Positions 40,905 through 51,247 of a stretch of DNA of 64,000 bases are shown here, one piece after another. The stretch spans positions 1,472,001-1,536,000 of the forward strand of contig OZ252244.1 in assembly GCA_965249575.1 (NCBI GenBank), in the 5' to 3' direction. This DNA comes from Gemmatimonadales bacterium (lineage in GTDB: Bacteria > Gemmatimonadota > Gemmatimonadetes > Gemmatimonadales > GWC2-71-9). Made by a program: the position numbers and the translations under genes. Below the pieces are notes generated by a model. The model was not told the DNA's origin, searched no databases, and worked only from the letters and a program-made list of their open reading frames with translations. Numbering within the stretch: position 1 is the stretch's first letter; each line of letters begins with the position of its first letter.

Positions 40905-43867
40905 CGGAACTGGAACTGCCGGGTTCCGAGACGCGTGTCGTGGGCGAGCGCGGGGCGGCTCACCCAGAAGGGAAACTCTACGCGCACCGGCACATCGATA
41001 TCGCCCAGTCGGAGCCACATCCGAAGGCCCGCACCGCCATCGGTGATCGGCGTCCACGCTCGGCGCTCGAGCGAACGGACCGCGAGCGTGTCCGTCAGCG
41101 CTCCATCGCCAAACAGAACGACGGCCACTCTTCGCAGCGGGCCCGTCAACCGCCTGAACAGGTCACCCTCTAGCTCGAGATTGGCCGCGCCGATCCATCG
41201 CCCACCAAGACCCGGAGCGTAACCTCTCAAATTGGCATTCCCGGGGGAGTGATAGAACACGTCTTTACGAACGAACAGCGCTCCGCGCGACCTGACGAAC
41301 GGGTTCTGTAGCGTCTCGTACGGATCGGCACCGCTGACGGGGATGGCACGCTGGAGGGGTGGATTGCTTGCAGCCAGATAGCCGCCGCCGAACACGCGCG
41401 CCCCGAACGTGAACGCCCCTCGCCGTGCTCGAACGGACAGGCCGAGTGTCGCGCGCCCGAAAGGCTCGACATCGAACCGCTCGTCCAGGCGGGTGCCCCG
41501 TCCGCGGCGGGTGTACGTCACCCCGCCACCGTAGTTGACGCGGAACTTCCAGTGTGTGACGCCCGAGGGCGCGTCCCACTCGGCGAAACGCCCGATCTCC
41601 GCCGTTCCCGCTTTTTCCCAGAGCAACGGATCGAGGTAATCGGTAATTCGCGGCACCACCCACTGCCCTAACCACCCCGTACGCATTACGTCGGTCGACC
41701 ACCACGAGCTCCGGCGCTCCCGCTCCCAACGCACGCCCAGCCCGATCCGGCCCTCCGCAAGCCACCACTCCGCGGACTGGGTGGACCGCGGCCGGTACAA
41801 AAACCTGGGATTCTCCAGTTTGATGTGTACGTCGATGTCGTCTGGGTTCGGCACGTCACCCTCGAAACCCCGGCGTACCCATAGGGTGGCTCGATCGAAT
41901 CGGCCCAGATAGTTCGAGCGCTGGCGAATGCCGGCGACGACGCCCGACGCATCGTTATACCACACCGTCGGCGCCAGCGAGATGACCGGCCGATCCCGTA
42001 GTGCGGGCTCGCGAAAGAACGTGTCGAATCGCCATCTCGCCTTCCCGAAATCGAACAGGCGGCGCTCCCGGTTGTTCATGAAGTTCCAGTCGTGGCTCGT
42101 GACCCGCGGATCAAGGACCAGGGTGCCCGGCTTGGTCTGGCTGCGGAAGGTCACCCGCTCCTTGGCCGCGCGCCCCTCGGCCCGCGCATACACCACAGCA
42201 CCGGTTCTCGTCCGCCCTCTCTCCCCGATCTCGACCGGCATTCGGCCGTCGCCTTTTCGTTCGACCTCGACCGTCGTTTCCCACGTGCCATCGGCCAGTT
42301 GTAGGCGGCGGACTTTGCCGATGCGATAGTCATATAGTGGCGTCCCGTGCAGCCACTGCGCGAAGAACCACTTGAGGTCCATCCGGCTCGCTTCTTCGGC
42401 GACTTCGAGAAGGGCCAGCTCGTTTACGTGCTTGAGCTTCCAGCGACGATAGTACTCGCGTAGGATGCGGCGCATCGCCTCCGGTCCAACGATGTAACGG
42501 AGCTGATGGAAGAACAGCTCACCCTTGGTGTAGATCATCGCGCCGTACGTATTGAAGTCGCGATAGTCTTCGCTCACCAAGCTGACGGGCTGCGACCAGC
42601 CATCGAGGTCCAATCCGAGAACGAACCGCTCCTGTGCCGCGTATCCGTCGAATCCGGGTGCATGCTCCTCGAAGTACCACGAGGTTTGGAAGCTGGTGAA
42701 CCCTTCGTCGAGAAACCCTTCCCGCCACTCATTGTTCGCTAGGGCACCCATGAGGTAGTTGTGGCCAACCTCGTGCAGAATCAAGCCAAGTCCCGGCCCC
42801 CCATTCATGACCATCATGGGGAACTCGGTACCGCCTCCTTCGATTCGGTGCACGACCGTGATCTGCGGCCACGGGAACGGACCGAACAGAGTGTCGAGCC
42901 ACCGCAGGGCTTCAACCGTGCGACCCACCACGCGTCCGTTCCCCCAAGAAACCCGATCGTCGGGCAGATACAGGACGCGGACAACCACGTCGTTATACCG
43001 GCCCTCCTCGTAGATGTAGACAGGGTTGAGTGACATCGCGAAGTGGTGGACGTTTTCGGCGTAGAATCGTACGCATTTGCGTCCCGGACCTGATGTCACT
43101 TGGGCCCCACAGCCGGCCGCCAGGCGCACCGGATAGGTGTCGCGCTCATAATCGACTCTCAGGTCCGGGCTCGCCGACGCGGCTGCCCATCCCGGATCCC
43201 CTTCGATCGGGACTCCGGTCGCGCCGATTACTTGGTCTTCCGCCATGTCGAGCACGATGTCGTACGTGGCGAACTCCCCATAGAACTCGCCCGCGGGGTA
43301 CAGGGGATGCGCCTGCCATCCTTGACGGTCGTACACCGCCACCCGTGGGTACCAGTGGGCAAAGTCGAGACGCCGTCCGCGCCGCCCTTGGCGCCTCGGA
43401 ACCGTGCTGGGGCGCGACTGCCACACGAGGCGGATCTCGGCCGTGTCGCCCGGGAGCAGCGGGCTCGGCAGTCCGAACCCGGCCACGGTCGAGTCCGGTG
43501 CGTAAGGAAAGAATGGAAACACCAACGTTCCGTTGATGCTCGCCCGGCCGACGCGCTCGTACCCGTATTCCAGGTTCGCCAGCCGGTCGAAGCGGTGCCG
43601 ACCCTCCTGCGCGTCGCGCGCGGCCCAGCGCGATCCGGGCCGGAAGGCGTTCAGGTGAAGATGGAAGAAGATCGACCGCAGGGTGTCGGGGGAGTGATTG
43701 ACGTAGTAGATCACCCCACGCCCGGTGACCGTCCCCGTCGGATCGTCGATCGTCGCACTCAACTCATAGCGTACGCCCTGATGCCAGGCGCGGGACGTAT
43801 CGGGTACCGCGGGGAGTCCCGACGCGACGGAAACCGGCCCGATGATGAGCGCTAGGATGCTTGGCAC
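40874..43867 (-). CDS. M1-family metallopeptidase with a long C-terminal beta-rich (Omp85-like) domain
   Basis: GGTEFP, HEVGH(x18)E, YTKG; C-terminal NLRGY, DGGAGLR and terminal Phe. Confidence 0.85.
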   Translation of the reverse strand: MPSILALIIGPVSVASGLPAVPDTSRAWHQGVRYELSATIDDPTGTVTGRGVIYYVNHSPDTLRSIFFHLHLNAFRPGSRWAARDAQEGRHRFDRLANLEYGYERVGRASINGTLVFPFFPYAPDSTVAGFGLPSPLLPGDTAEIRLVWQSRPSTVPRRQGRRGRRLDFAHWYPRVAVYDRQGWQAHPLYPAGEFYGEFATYDIVLDMAEDQVIGATGVPIEGDPGWAAASASPDLRVDYERDTYPVRLAAGCGAQVTSGPGRKCVRFYAENVHHFAMSLNPVYIYEEGRYNDVVVRVLYLPDDRVSWGNGRVVGRTVEALRWLDTLFGPFPWPQITVVHRIEGGGTEFPMMVMNGGPGLGLILHEVGHNYLMGALANNEWREGFLDEGFTSFQTSWYFEEHAPGFDGYAAQERFVLGLDLDGWSQPVSLVSEDYRDFNTYGAMIYTKGELFFHQLRYIVGPEAMRRILREYYRRWKLKHVNELALLEVAEEASRMDLKWFFAQWLHGTPLYDYRIGKVRRLQLADGTWETTVEVERKGDGRMPVEIGERGRTRTGAVVYARAEGRAAKERVTFRSQTKPGTLVLDPRVTSHDWNFMNNRERRLFDFGKARWRFDTFFREPALRDRPVISLAPTVWYNDASGVVAGIRQRSNYLGRFDRATLWVRRGFEGDVPNPDDIDVHIKLENPRFLYRPRSTQSAEWWLAEGRIGLGVRWERERRSSWWSTDVMRTGWLGQWVVPRITDYLDPLLWEKAGTAEIGRFAEWDAPSGVTHWKFRVNYGGGVTYTRRGRGTRLDERFDVEPFGRATLGLSVRARRGAFTFGARVFGGGYLAASNPPLQRAIPVSGADPYETLQNPFVRSRGALFVRKDVFYHSPGNANLRGYAPGLGGRWIGAANLELEGDLFRRLTGPLRRVAVVLFGDGALTDTLAVRSLERRAWTPITDGGAGLRMWLRLGDIDVPVRVEFPFWVSRPALAHDTRLGTRQFQFRWLASFEPTF

Positions 43868-43870
43868 AGG

Positions 43871-45958
43871 TTAGGTCGCCGCCCCGGCCTCCGAGCGCAT
43901 CTGATCGAGCACATCGAACATTTCCTCGGCGGACTGCCACCGCTCTTCTCGCCGTTTTGCAAGGGCCTTGAGGATGAGGTCGGCGAGCTCGGGCGGGAGG
44001 TCCGGACGAGCGACACGGGGATCCTCGGGTGGCTCCTCGACGTGCTTGAACATGAGCGCGGGGATCGTTGGAGCGCTGAACGGGGTGTGTCCGGTCACGC
44101 ATTCATAGAGCACTGCCCCGGTCGCATACAGGTCGGCGCGGGTATCGAGCTCTTCCCCCATCAACTGTTCCGGAGCCATGTATTCCGGCGTGCCGATGGC
44201 GGCTCCGGCGGCGGTGAGACCCTCCTGACCCGGTTGCTTCGCTTCCGCAAGACGAGCGATTCCGAAATCCATGACCTTGATGAAGCCACCGGGATCGACC
44301 ACGATGTTCTGGGGCTTCACGTCGCGGTGAATGATGCCTTGCTCGTGCGCAACCTCGAGCGCCCGGCACAACTGCTTCCCGACCGTCACGGCCACCCGCA
44401 GCGGCAAAGAGCCGCGCTTCTTGATCAGGTCTTTGAGATTTACGCCCTCGACGAATTCCATGGTGATGTAGTGCATACCGGCGACTTCACCAAGGTCGTG
44501 GGTTCGCACGACGTTCCGGTGGGTGATACGGCGGGCCAAGCGAATCTCCTGCTTGAACCGCTCCAGGCTCGACTTATCGGTTGCGAGGGCTTCCGGCCTG
44601 AGGGTCTTGATAGCGACTACCTCGTCGAGTTGGCGGTCGTGGGCGCGGTACACGACCCCCATCCCGCCGATGCCGAGCGTCTTCTTGATCTCGTACCGAT
44701 TGGCGAGCGTCATGCCGGGTGTCAGCATGCCAGTGCGCCCGGCCTCCGTGAGCACCCTCGTCGCCTCGGCGTCGCCGGAAGTGAGCTGGGCCGCTTGCTC
44801 GGCGGTTAGCGCCATCGTCTTGCCAGCTCCGCTCAAGTACTCCACCAGGTTCTGCTTGTCCTTCAATTCCTGCACCATCTGCTTGAAGGCCGTCGCCAAC
44901 TGCCCGATCTCGTCTCGCGACCCGATACTGATTTCCGCTGAATACTGACCCTCGCCGACCCGCCGCGTCGCAGCCACGAGTTGCCGTACGGGCCGGGTGA
45001 TTTGGCGCGCCACCAGACCGGACGACACGATTGCGAGCGCGAGGCCGGCGATGAAGACGAGCCGAATGGTCTCGCTCAACTCCGTGAACGCCGCCAGCTC
45101 GGCATCCCGCGAACGCAGCCCGACAAAACCACCCACCGTGACGCCCGACGCCGTCGACAGTGGTCCGACGACCCCGACCAGGTCTTCGCTGTCCACCGAC
45201 CACCGAACGCTCGCACCGGACTCGAGTCCGCCCAGCACGCTGTCGATGCTCGGCTCCTGCCCCATGGCCGCGACCAGTGAGCCCTTTGGAATGGTCCCGA
45301 CGCCAACGGCGGGCAGGCCCAGTGTGTCGAGAACGACGAAGACGACGTCGGAATTTGTATGCCGCTTGAGTTCCCCAGCGAAGTTGCTGTCGATCGGAAC
45401 GGCGGCGACCAGGATCCCATAGAGGGCCGTCCGGCCGGGGCTGAGAATCGGCACCCCCACTGCCTGATACAGCACGTCACCGTCCGGACCCCCTTCGATC
45501 CAGATCCCCTCGGTTTCCTCCCCACCCAATGCGATGCCGATGAGGGATCCCTGGGAGAAATCCTCGTCAAACACGTCGATCTGGTCGGTTCGGGCCTTCA
45601 ATACGCCGATATTATCAATGATGAGCGCCCACTCTGCCCCCGTCTGCGCCCGAAACTCATCCGCCTGGTCGAGGAGATTGGCGCGGTTGCCGGACCGGAG
45701 CGCCTCGCCGATCCGCGACACGTACGTCGGCACCCTGGCGAGCCCTGCGGCGAGCTGGCGCAGCGCGAGGCTGCGGCTGGCGAGCGCGTCCTCGATGGAT
45801 GCCTGCGTCGCCGCCAGCGCTCGGGCAATGGAATCGTCCGCTACGCGGTCGGCGCGCCGTTTGGTGAGCAGCAGTGCACCACCGAGAACGGCCACGACGA
45901 CCAGCGCCGTGGCCAGAAAGATTTTTACACCGAGGCCGGACAGACGGAGCCGACTAAT
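43871..45958 (-). CDS. Membrane sensor Ser/Thr (Hanks-type) kinase with periplasmic domain and HAMP; start uncertain
   Basis: Two TM helices; HAMP (ITRPV...DEIGQLA); GIGGMGVV, HRDVKPQN, DFGIA, GTPEYMAPE. Confidence 0.88.
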   Translation of the reverse strand: MSRLRLSGLGVKIFLATALVVVAVLGGALLLTKRRADRVADDSIARALAATQASIEDALASRSLALRQLAAGLARVPTYVSRIGEALRSGNRANLLDQADEFRAQTGAEWALIIDNIGVLKARTDQIDVFDEDFSQGSLIGIALGGEETEGIWIEGGPDGDVLYQAVGVPILSPGRTALYGILVAAVPIDSNFAGELKRHTNSDVVFVVLDTLGLPAVGVGTIPKGSLVAAMGQEPSIDSVLGGLESGASVRWSVDSEDLVGVVGPLSTASGVTVGGFVGLRSRDAELAAFTELSETIRLVFIAGLALAIVSSGLVARQITRPVRQLVAATRRVGEGQYSAEISIGSRDEIGQLATAFKQMVQELKDKQNLVEYLSGAGKTMALTAEQAAQLTSGDAEATRVLTEAGRTGMLTPGMTLANRYEIKKTLGIGGMGVVYRAHDRQLDEVVAIKTLRPEALATDKSSLERFKQEIRLARRITHRNVVRTHDLGEVAGMHYITMEFVEGVNLKDLIKKRGSLPLRVAVTVGKQLCRALEVAHEQGIIHRDVKPQNIVVDPGGFIKVMDFGIARLAEAKQPGQEGLTAAGAAIGTPEYMAPEQLMGEELDTRADLYATGAVLYECVTGHTPFSAPTIPALMFKHVEEPPEDPRVARPDLPPELADLILKALAKRREERWQSAEEMFDVLDQMRSEAGAAT

Positions 45959-46631
45959 AGCGAGCGCCCCTTCTCGAGTACGGCTGTCCGAATTTGTTGA
46001 GGTGCTGGACGAACTTGTACCCTCGCGCGTCCAGCTCGAGAGTGACGGGGGCCTCGCCCCGACCCCGAACCCGGATGTCCCGCGACACGGCCCGCGCTCG
46101 CTCGTGCCAGGCATGCAGCACGTAGCGGCCGGGCGGAACGTTAGACATCCTGAACGTGCCGTCCGCGTCCGGGCGGGTGAAATGCGGATTGTCCCGCACG
46201 AGCACGTACGCGGACATCTTCGCGTGGACGTTGCAGTACACCCGCACGATCCCGGGCCGACTGAACGTAAACGACCGCGACTTCCCCCGGGGATAGAGTC
46301 CGAGATCGAACGACGCTTCCTCCGACAGAGAAAACACGTTGTGATTGAAGGGATCTTTGTTGGGGAAGGAAATCGTAGATCCGGCGGTTATGACGGTCAC
46401 CTGCGGACGGAACTGCTTCCGCTCCGTGAGCACCTCCACCGTGTCGATTTCGAGGGCCGTGTCCGGACGCGACTCGAGCCATACAACGGCCTCGCCGACG
46501 TCTTTGGCCGACCGGTTGCCACGCTCGAGCACCGTCACCCGGCCGGTAACCTCCACGGCCTCCTGCCGTGGCGGGCCGAACAGGAGTCCCGCCAGTGCGA
46601 CGGACATCACAGCGTGGCTTCGAGGCGTCAT
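45954..46631 (-). CDS. Secreted cupredoxin-like protein with carboxypeptidase-regulatory-like domain
   Basis: FPNKDPFNHNVFS...YCNVHAKM (H, C, H, M type-1 Cu ligand pattern); VPPGRYVLHAWH. Confidence 0.8.
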   Translation of the reverse strand: MTPRSHAVMSVALAGLLFGPPRQEAVEVTGRVTVLERGNRSAKDVGEAVVWLESRPDTALEIDTVEVLTERKQFRPQVTVITAGSTISFPNKDPFNHNVFSLSEEASFDLGLYPRGKSRSFTFSRPGIVRVYCNVHAKMSAYVLVRDNPHFTRPDADGTFRMSNVPPGRYVLHAWHERARAVSRDIRVRGRGEAPVTLELDARGYKFVQHLNKFGQPYSRRGARY

Positions 46632-46727
46632 CGCAATTACCCTGTGCAGTAGCCGAGCCAAATTGGGAATGGCTATCAATCGCAAGCTTACCCGGGCCTG
46701 AGCGGCCCGTCAACACGGGAGCGAATC

Positions 46728-47994
46728 ATGAGGAATCATCTGTGGGCCGGGGTTGCCTGGGCCTTGCTTCTCGCCGGCCCGGCTGGGGCTCAGGAAGCCG
46801 TGGACACGGCCATTGTGCGCCGCCTCGAGCAGGCTGAGCGCATGATCGAGCTCCTCCAAGGCCAGATCGCGGACCAGGCAGTCGCGAGGGTAGAGCCTCG
46901 TTCGCGCAACCTGGTCGAGTTGGGAGGCACGGTCCTGCCAAACGGGTTTTACAACAACGCCAAAGTGAACTACAGCGATAGCCCGAGTTACGTGTCTGCA
47001 CCGGACCCCGCCGGCGGGCTTCCCGCAAGCGCGTTCGGGGGATCTGCGCGGCAAAGCCGCATCACGCTCACCGCGTTCGCCCCGGACGTGCTGGGCGGAT
47101 CCTTCAGTGGAGAGATCGACGTCGATTTTGCGGGAGGCCACCTGAAGTTCGGGCGGCTGTTTCCCCTCCTCCACCTCCGGCGCACGCGCGCGGAGCTGGC
47201 ATGGCCCAACGCGTACGTAATGGTGGGCCAGGAGGCCCCCCCGATATCGGAGATCAACCCCTCCACCCTCGCGGCCATCGCGTTGCCCGGGTTCACGGCT
47301 TCTGGGAACCTCTGGTTCTGGATTCCGCAAATCCGCGTCGGCGTCGCGGCCGGTGAGGCTATCCGCATTGGGCTCGAAGCGACGGCGCTCTCACCCGTAT
47401 CGAACGACGTCATGAGCGGAACCTTCGAGCCGACGCCGGATCGAGCTGAACGCAGCCGCCGGCCCTATTTGCAGGGCAGGGTCATCACCCGCTGGGACCA
47501 ACCGAACACCACCGGTGAATTCAGCGTGGGAGCGCACTTATGGATGGCTCGCGACCGCGTTCGACTCGCTGATCGTTTCCAGGGCGGCGGCGGCCACCAC
47601 GCGCTTCTCGGTCACGCCATACGTCGAGGTCAGGGGCGAGGCCTTCATTGGTGAGGCACTGGCCGGTCTCGGCGGGGGGGGTATCGGCCAGAACCTCGGG
47701 ATCGGCGAAACACCCGTGCGAACGAAGGGCGGCTGGGCTCAGCTCAACCTCAAACCGGCACCCGAGTGGGAGTTCGGAGGCGGCTACGGACAGGACGATC
47801 CCGACGACAGGGATCTCGATCCGGTGGCCGGGAATATTCTACTCAAGAACGTGACTTACGAAGGGCACATTCACTGGAAACCGTTGCCGATAGTGGTAGG
47901 CGTCGAGTTCCGGCGCATCGAGACGACATACGGAGCCCCGATGCGGGTGTTGAGCGTGAATCACGTCAACTTCGCGACCGGTTTCGAATTCTAG
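46728..47994 (+). pseudogene. Outer-membrane porin-like beta-barrel (DcaP-like); frameshift near 47540 (possibly a sequence error)
   Basis: Signal peptide and coiled coil; RQSRI, GEIDVDF, GGWAQ; terminal FEF in the second frame. Confidence 0.68.
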
Positions 47995-47999
47995 GAGAC

Positions 48000-48408
48000 C
48001 TCTACGCCCAGCCGATCCAGTCACGCGTTGCCGTCCCGTGCCGGCACCATCATCTTCCCGATGTTCGATCCGGGACGGCCCTTACCACGAGGGTGTGCAA
48101 CTGAGAGAGACTGCGGAAGGCGCCTGGCTTCGATACTCGATCGTTGAGGGGTGGAGGATCGCGCACTTCGAGCGCGCCGTGCGCCGGGTCCCTACTCGTA
48201 CAGGCAACGATGCAATTCGGAGTGGGCGGGATTGTACGAGCTGACACCGGACGACCAGCCCATTCTCGGCCGCCTGCCGCACGCCGAGGGCGCGATTGCC
48301 TGCATGGGTTTTCGCGGCCACGGATTTCAGCAGGGCCTGGCTTGCGTTTCGAGACCGGAGCCGACGTCGCGGAGTACAATGTCGTATAGAAGGCGTCTCG
48401 GTGCCTGA
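48000..48408 (+). pseudogene. Degraded fragment of an FAD-dependent amine oxidoreductase (DAO/sarcosine oxidase-like)
   Basis: WAGLYELTPDDQPILG...GFRGHGFQQG in one frame and FERAVRRVP in another; no N-terminal GxGxxG. Confidence 0.6.
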
Positions 48409-49636
48409 CGACGACCTGCAGACACAGCCGGCATCGAGGGCGTCCCTCCGGCGCACGTACCTCAGCGCGCTCGGCATCTTGGGCCTACTGACGTTCGCCG
48501 CGTATCTGCTCCTCCGTGAGATCCTCGAGACCGAGCAGACGAGCGCAGTCGCCATCGAGGTCAGCGAGCGGCAGCGCGCGCTGGTACTCGAGTCGGCCCT
48601 GTTAGCCCACGCGGTGGTCGACGCGCCCGACTCGGTCTCCCGCATGAACCCGCACCGGGAGCTGGTCGAGCTCCGGTCCCAAATGCGCCAGAACCACGCC
48701 CGTCTCACCGACGACAGCCGCAACGGACGTGTCGGTGGAGCGGTCCCGGCGGAGGTCCGTGGTCTGTTGTTCGGACCGGGGAACGGGGACGACCGTTTCC
48801 GAGACTACGCGAGCGCCATTTCCGACCTGATCGATATCTCGCTGGACCGACCGCATTCGCCGAACGGGTGGCCGACCCGTCCCGATCGAGTGGCCTTGGC
48901 CGCGAGCGAGCCACTGCTAGGGATCTTGGACTCGCTCGTCGCGCGGTACGAACAGGAAAACCGCCGGGATGAAGCGCGCCTTGGCACGCTCGCCATCGGT
49001 GTGCTCGTAGCCACCCTCGCGGCGCTGGCACTGGTCGCGGTCGTCATCTTCGAGCCGATGGTTCGCAGCATACAGACGAGCACGAGGCTGCTCGAGCAAG
49101 CGAACTCCGAGCTGCAGCGCCTCTCGTCTCTCGACGGACTCACCGGACTGCCGAACCGGCGCCTGTTCGATGAGCGCTACGCCACGGAGTGGCGCAGAAG
49201 CCAGCGTGAGAGCAAACAGCTCTCGGTCATCATGTTGGACATCGATTCGTTCAAGCGCTACAACGACGAGCACGGCCACCTCGCCGGGGACGACTGCTTG
49301 CGCAGCGTGGCCAATGTGCTCGCAGAGGCCATCAGGCGCCCCGCCGACTTCGTCGCCCGGTACGGGGGTGAGGAGTTCGTCGTCGTCCTTCCCGACACAG
49401 GGTCTGACGGAGCCGCCGGCGTCGCCGAGAGCCTGCGCGCCCGGATCGAGCAGCTCGACCACCAGTCGTGCGACCTCGAGGCCGACGTGACCATCAGCGC
49501 AGGGGTCGCGACCACCACACCCGACGCGTCCGCCGTCCCCGACGGTTTGGTCGCGGCAGCCGACGACGCGCTCTACCGTGCCAAGCGGGGTGGCCGCAAC
49601 CGAGTCGAGATAGCCGAGCCCCGGCACGCCGCCTGA
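48401..49636 (+). CDS. Membrane diguanylate cyclase (GGDEF) with periplasmic sensor
   Basis: DGLTGLPNRR, DIDSFKRYND, RPAD I-site, RYGGEEF; two TM helices. Confidence 0.88.
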   Translation: MPDDDLQTQPASRASLRRTYLSALGILGLLTFAAYLLLREILETEQTSAVAIEVSERQRALVLESALLAHAVVDAPDSVSRMNPHRELVELRSQMRQNHARLTDDSRNGRVGGAVPAEVRGLLFGPGNGDDRFRDYASAISDLIDISLDRPHSPNGWPTRPDRVALAASEPLLGILDSLVARYEQENRRDEARLGTLAIGVLVATLAALALVAVVIFEPMVRSIQTSTRLLEQANSELQRLSSLDGLTGLPNRRLFDERYATEWRRSQRESKQLSVIMLDIDSFKRYNDEHGHLAGDDCLRSVANVLAEAIRRPADFVARYGGEEFVVVLPDTGSDGAAGVAESLRARIEQLDHQSCDLEADVTISAGVATTTPDASAVPDGLVAAADDALYRAKRGGRNRVEIAEPRHAA

Positions 49637-49690
49637 CCAACCCAGCGGGCAGCGCCGCTTACCCGCACCAACTGTGTATCTTGTCTCCCC

Positions 49691-50494
49691 ATGCTTACGA
49701 CGGGCCTCGCGCTCCTCCTGCAGTTGCAGGTTCCCAGTCCGGTCGGCTTTGTGAACGACTTCGCCGGCATCCTCGACGCGTCGTCGGCCTCGACGATGGG
49801 CGCCCTCATCGACGAGGTTCGCGCGAAATCGGGGGGTGAAATCGTCGTGGTGACGCTGAGTGACCTCAGCGGCCGTGACCGCGCCCAGGTCGCTCGGGAC
49901 ATTGGAAGGCAGTGGGGGGTCGGAGCCACCGGTGGCCCCGGGGACAGCGCTCGGAATGCCGGTGTCATTCTCCTTCTGAAGCCGGGGGAGCGCCCGGGGG
50001 ACGGCGGCGCAGAGATCTTCATCGCCACAGGTCTCGGGTCTGAAGGGTTCGTCACCGACGCCCGGGCCGGACGCATCCGCGACGCGATCGGCCGCGCTTC
50101 GGTCGAGACCGGCAGTTACGCGGCCGGGCTGGTCGTGGGCGTGCAACTGCTCGCACAGGCGTTCGCCGACGAGTTCGGATTCGCTTTGGCCGGCGGGCCT
50201 CCGCCGGCACAGGCACCGGAGTCTCCGCAGCGGGGGTTCCCGGTCCGCATCATCTGGCTGCTGTTCGTCCTCCTCATTCTGTTGGGAGGCTTCGGCGGCG
50301 GTGGGCGCGGCCGCGGTCGCCGGTCTCGCGGAGGCGTGGGTCAGGCTATCCTGCTCGGTATGCTGCTCGGCGGCCGGGGAGGTCACGGCGGAGGATTCGG
50401 CGGCTGGGGTGGCGGCAGCTTCGGGGGCGGCGGCTTCGGGGGGTTCGGGGGCGGGGGCGGATTCGGTGGGGGCGGCGCTGGAGGCAGATTCTGA
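49691..50494 (+). CDS. TPM-domain protein with Gly-rich tail
   Basis: VNDFAGIL, EIVVVT, WGVG, FGGFGGGGGFGGGGAGGRF. Confidence 0.85.
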   Translation: MLTTGLALLLQLQVPSPVGFVNDFAGILDASSASTMGALIDEVRAKSGGEIVVVTLSDLSGRDRAQVARDIGRQWGVGATGGPGDSARNAGVILLLKPGERPGDGGAEIFIATGLGSEGFVTDARAGRIRDAIGRASVETGSYAAGLVVGVQLLAQAFADEFGFALAGGPPPAQAPESPQRGFPVRIIWLLFVLLILLGGFGGGGRGRGRRSRGGVGQAILLGMLLGGRGGHGGGFGGWGGGSFGGGGFGGFGGGGGFGGGGAGGRF

Positions 50495-51210
50495 TGGCTA
50501 AAGATCTCAGCGAACAGGTGGACGGCTTCGCCCGGCGATTGAGCGATGCGCTAGGCGAGGATCTCGTGTCACTCGTGCTGTTCGGCTCCGCGGTTCGTCC
50601 GGGTTACGTAGGCGATCCGGAGGACGCGAACACACTCCTCATCGTCCGCGACGCCAGCCCGCCGTCGCTCCGCCGACTCGGGCCAGCCGTGGCCCACTGG
50701 GTAAGTGCGGGACACACACCCCCCCTGGTCTTCGAGGAAGCCGGCTGGCGTCAGTCGACCGACGTCTTCCCCATCGAGATCGAAGAAATGCGCGAGGCAC
50801 ATCGCCTGGTGCAGGGGCGCGACCCCTTTGCAGACGTGACAACGACCCCAGGGGACCTGCGACACGAGTTGGAACGGGAGGTTCGAGGCAAGCTGCTGCA
50901 GCTGCGAACAGAGTACGTCGCCGCCGAGTCGAACGGCAAGAGACTAGGGGAGCTGCTCATTGCCTCCGCAAAGACTTTCTTCGTACTGTTTCGAGCGATG
51001 CTCCGTCTGAAGGACCAAACACCCCCCCCGGACCCGACCGCGCTCGTACGGCAGACCGCGGAGATCGCCGGGATCGACGCCGGGGCATTCGATTGGGTGC
51101 TCAAGCGGCTGTCCCAAGAGAAGACACCGGCTCTCCAGCCCTTCGACCCGGTTGGCGAACGATATCTGGAAGCGATTCAACAGCTCGCGCACTTCGTGGA
51201 TCAGAGCTGA
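50494..51210 (+). CDS. Nucleotidyltransferase-like protein
   Basis: SLVLFGSA; DVFPIE; lies between TPM and LemA. Confidence 0.75.
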   Translation: MAKDLSEQVDGFARRLSDALGEDLVSLVLFGSAVRPGYVGDPEDANTLLIVRDASPPSLRRLGPAVAHWVSAGHTPPLVFEEAGWRQSTDVFPIEIEEMREAHRLVQGRDPFADVTTTPGDLRHELEREVRGKLLQLRTEYVAAESNGKRLGELLIASAKTFFVLFRAMLRLKDQTPPPDPTALVRQTAEIAGIDAGAFDWVLKRLSQEKTPALQPFDPVGERYLEAIQQLAHFVDQS

Positions 51211-51247
51211 TGCTCCGCCCACGAACCGAGCGAAGGAGGCGACGAAT

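Noticed and set aside
50380..50490. G-rich repeat
   Set aside because: Simply encodes the usual Gly/Phe-rich tail of TPM proteins.
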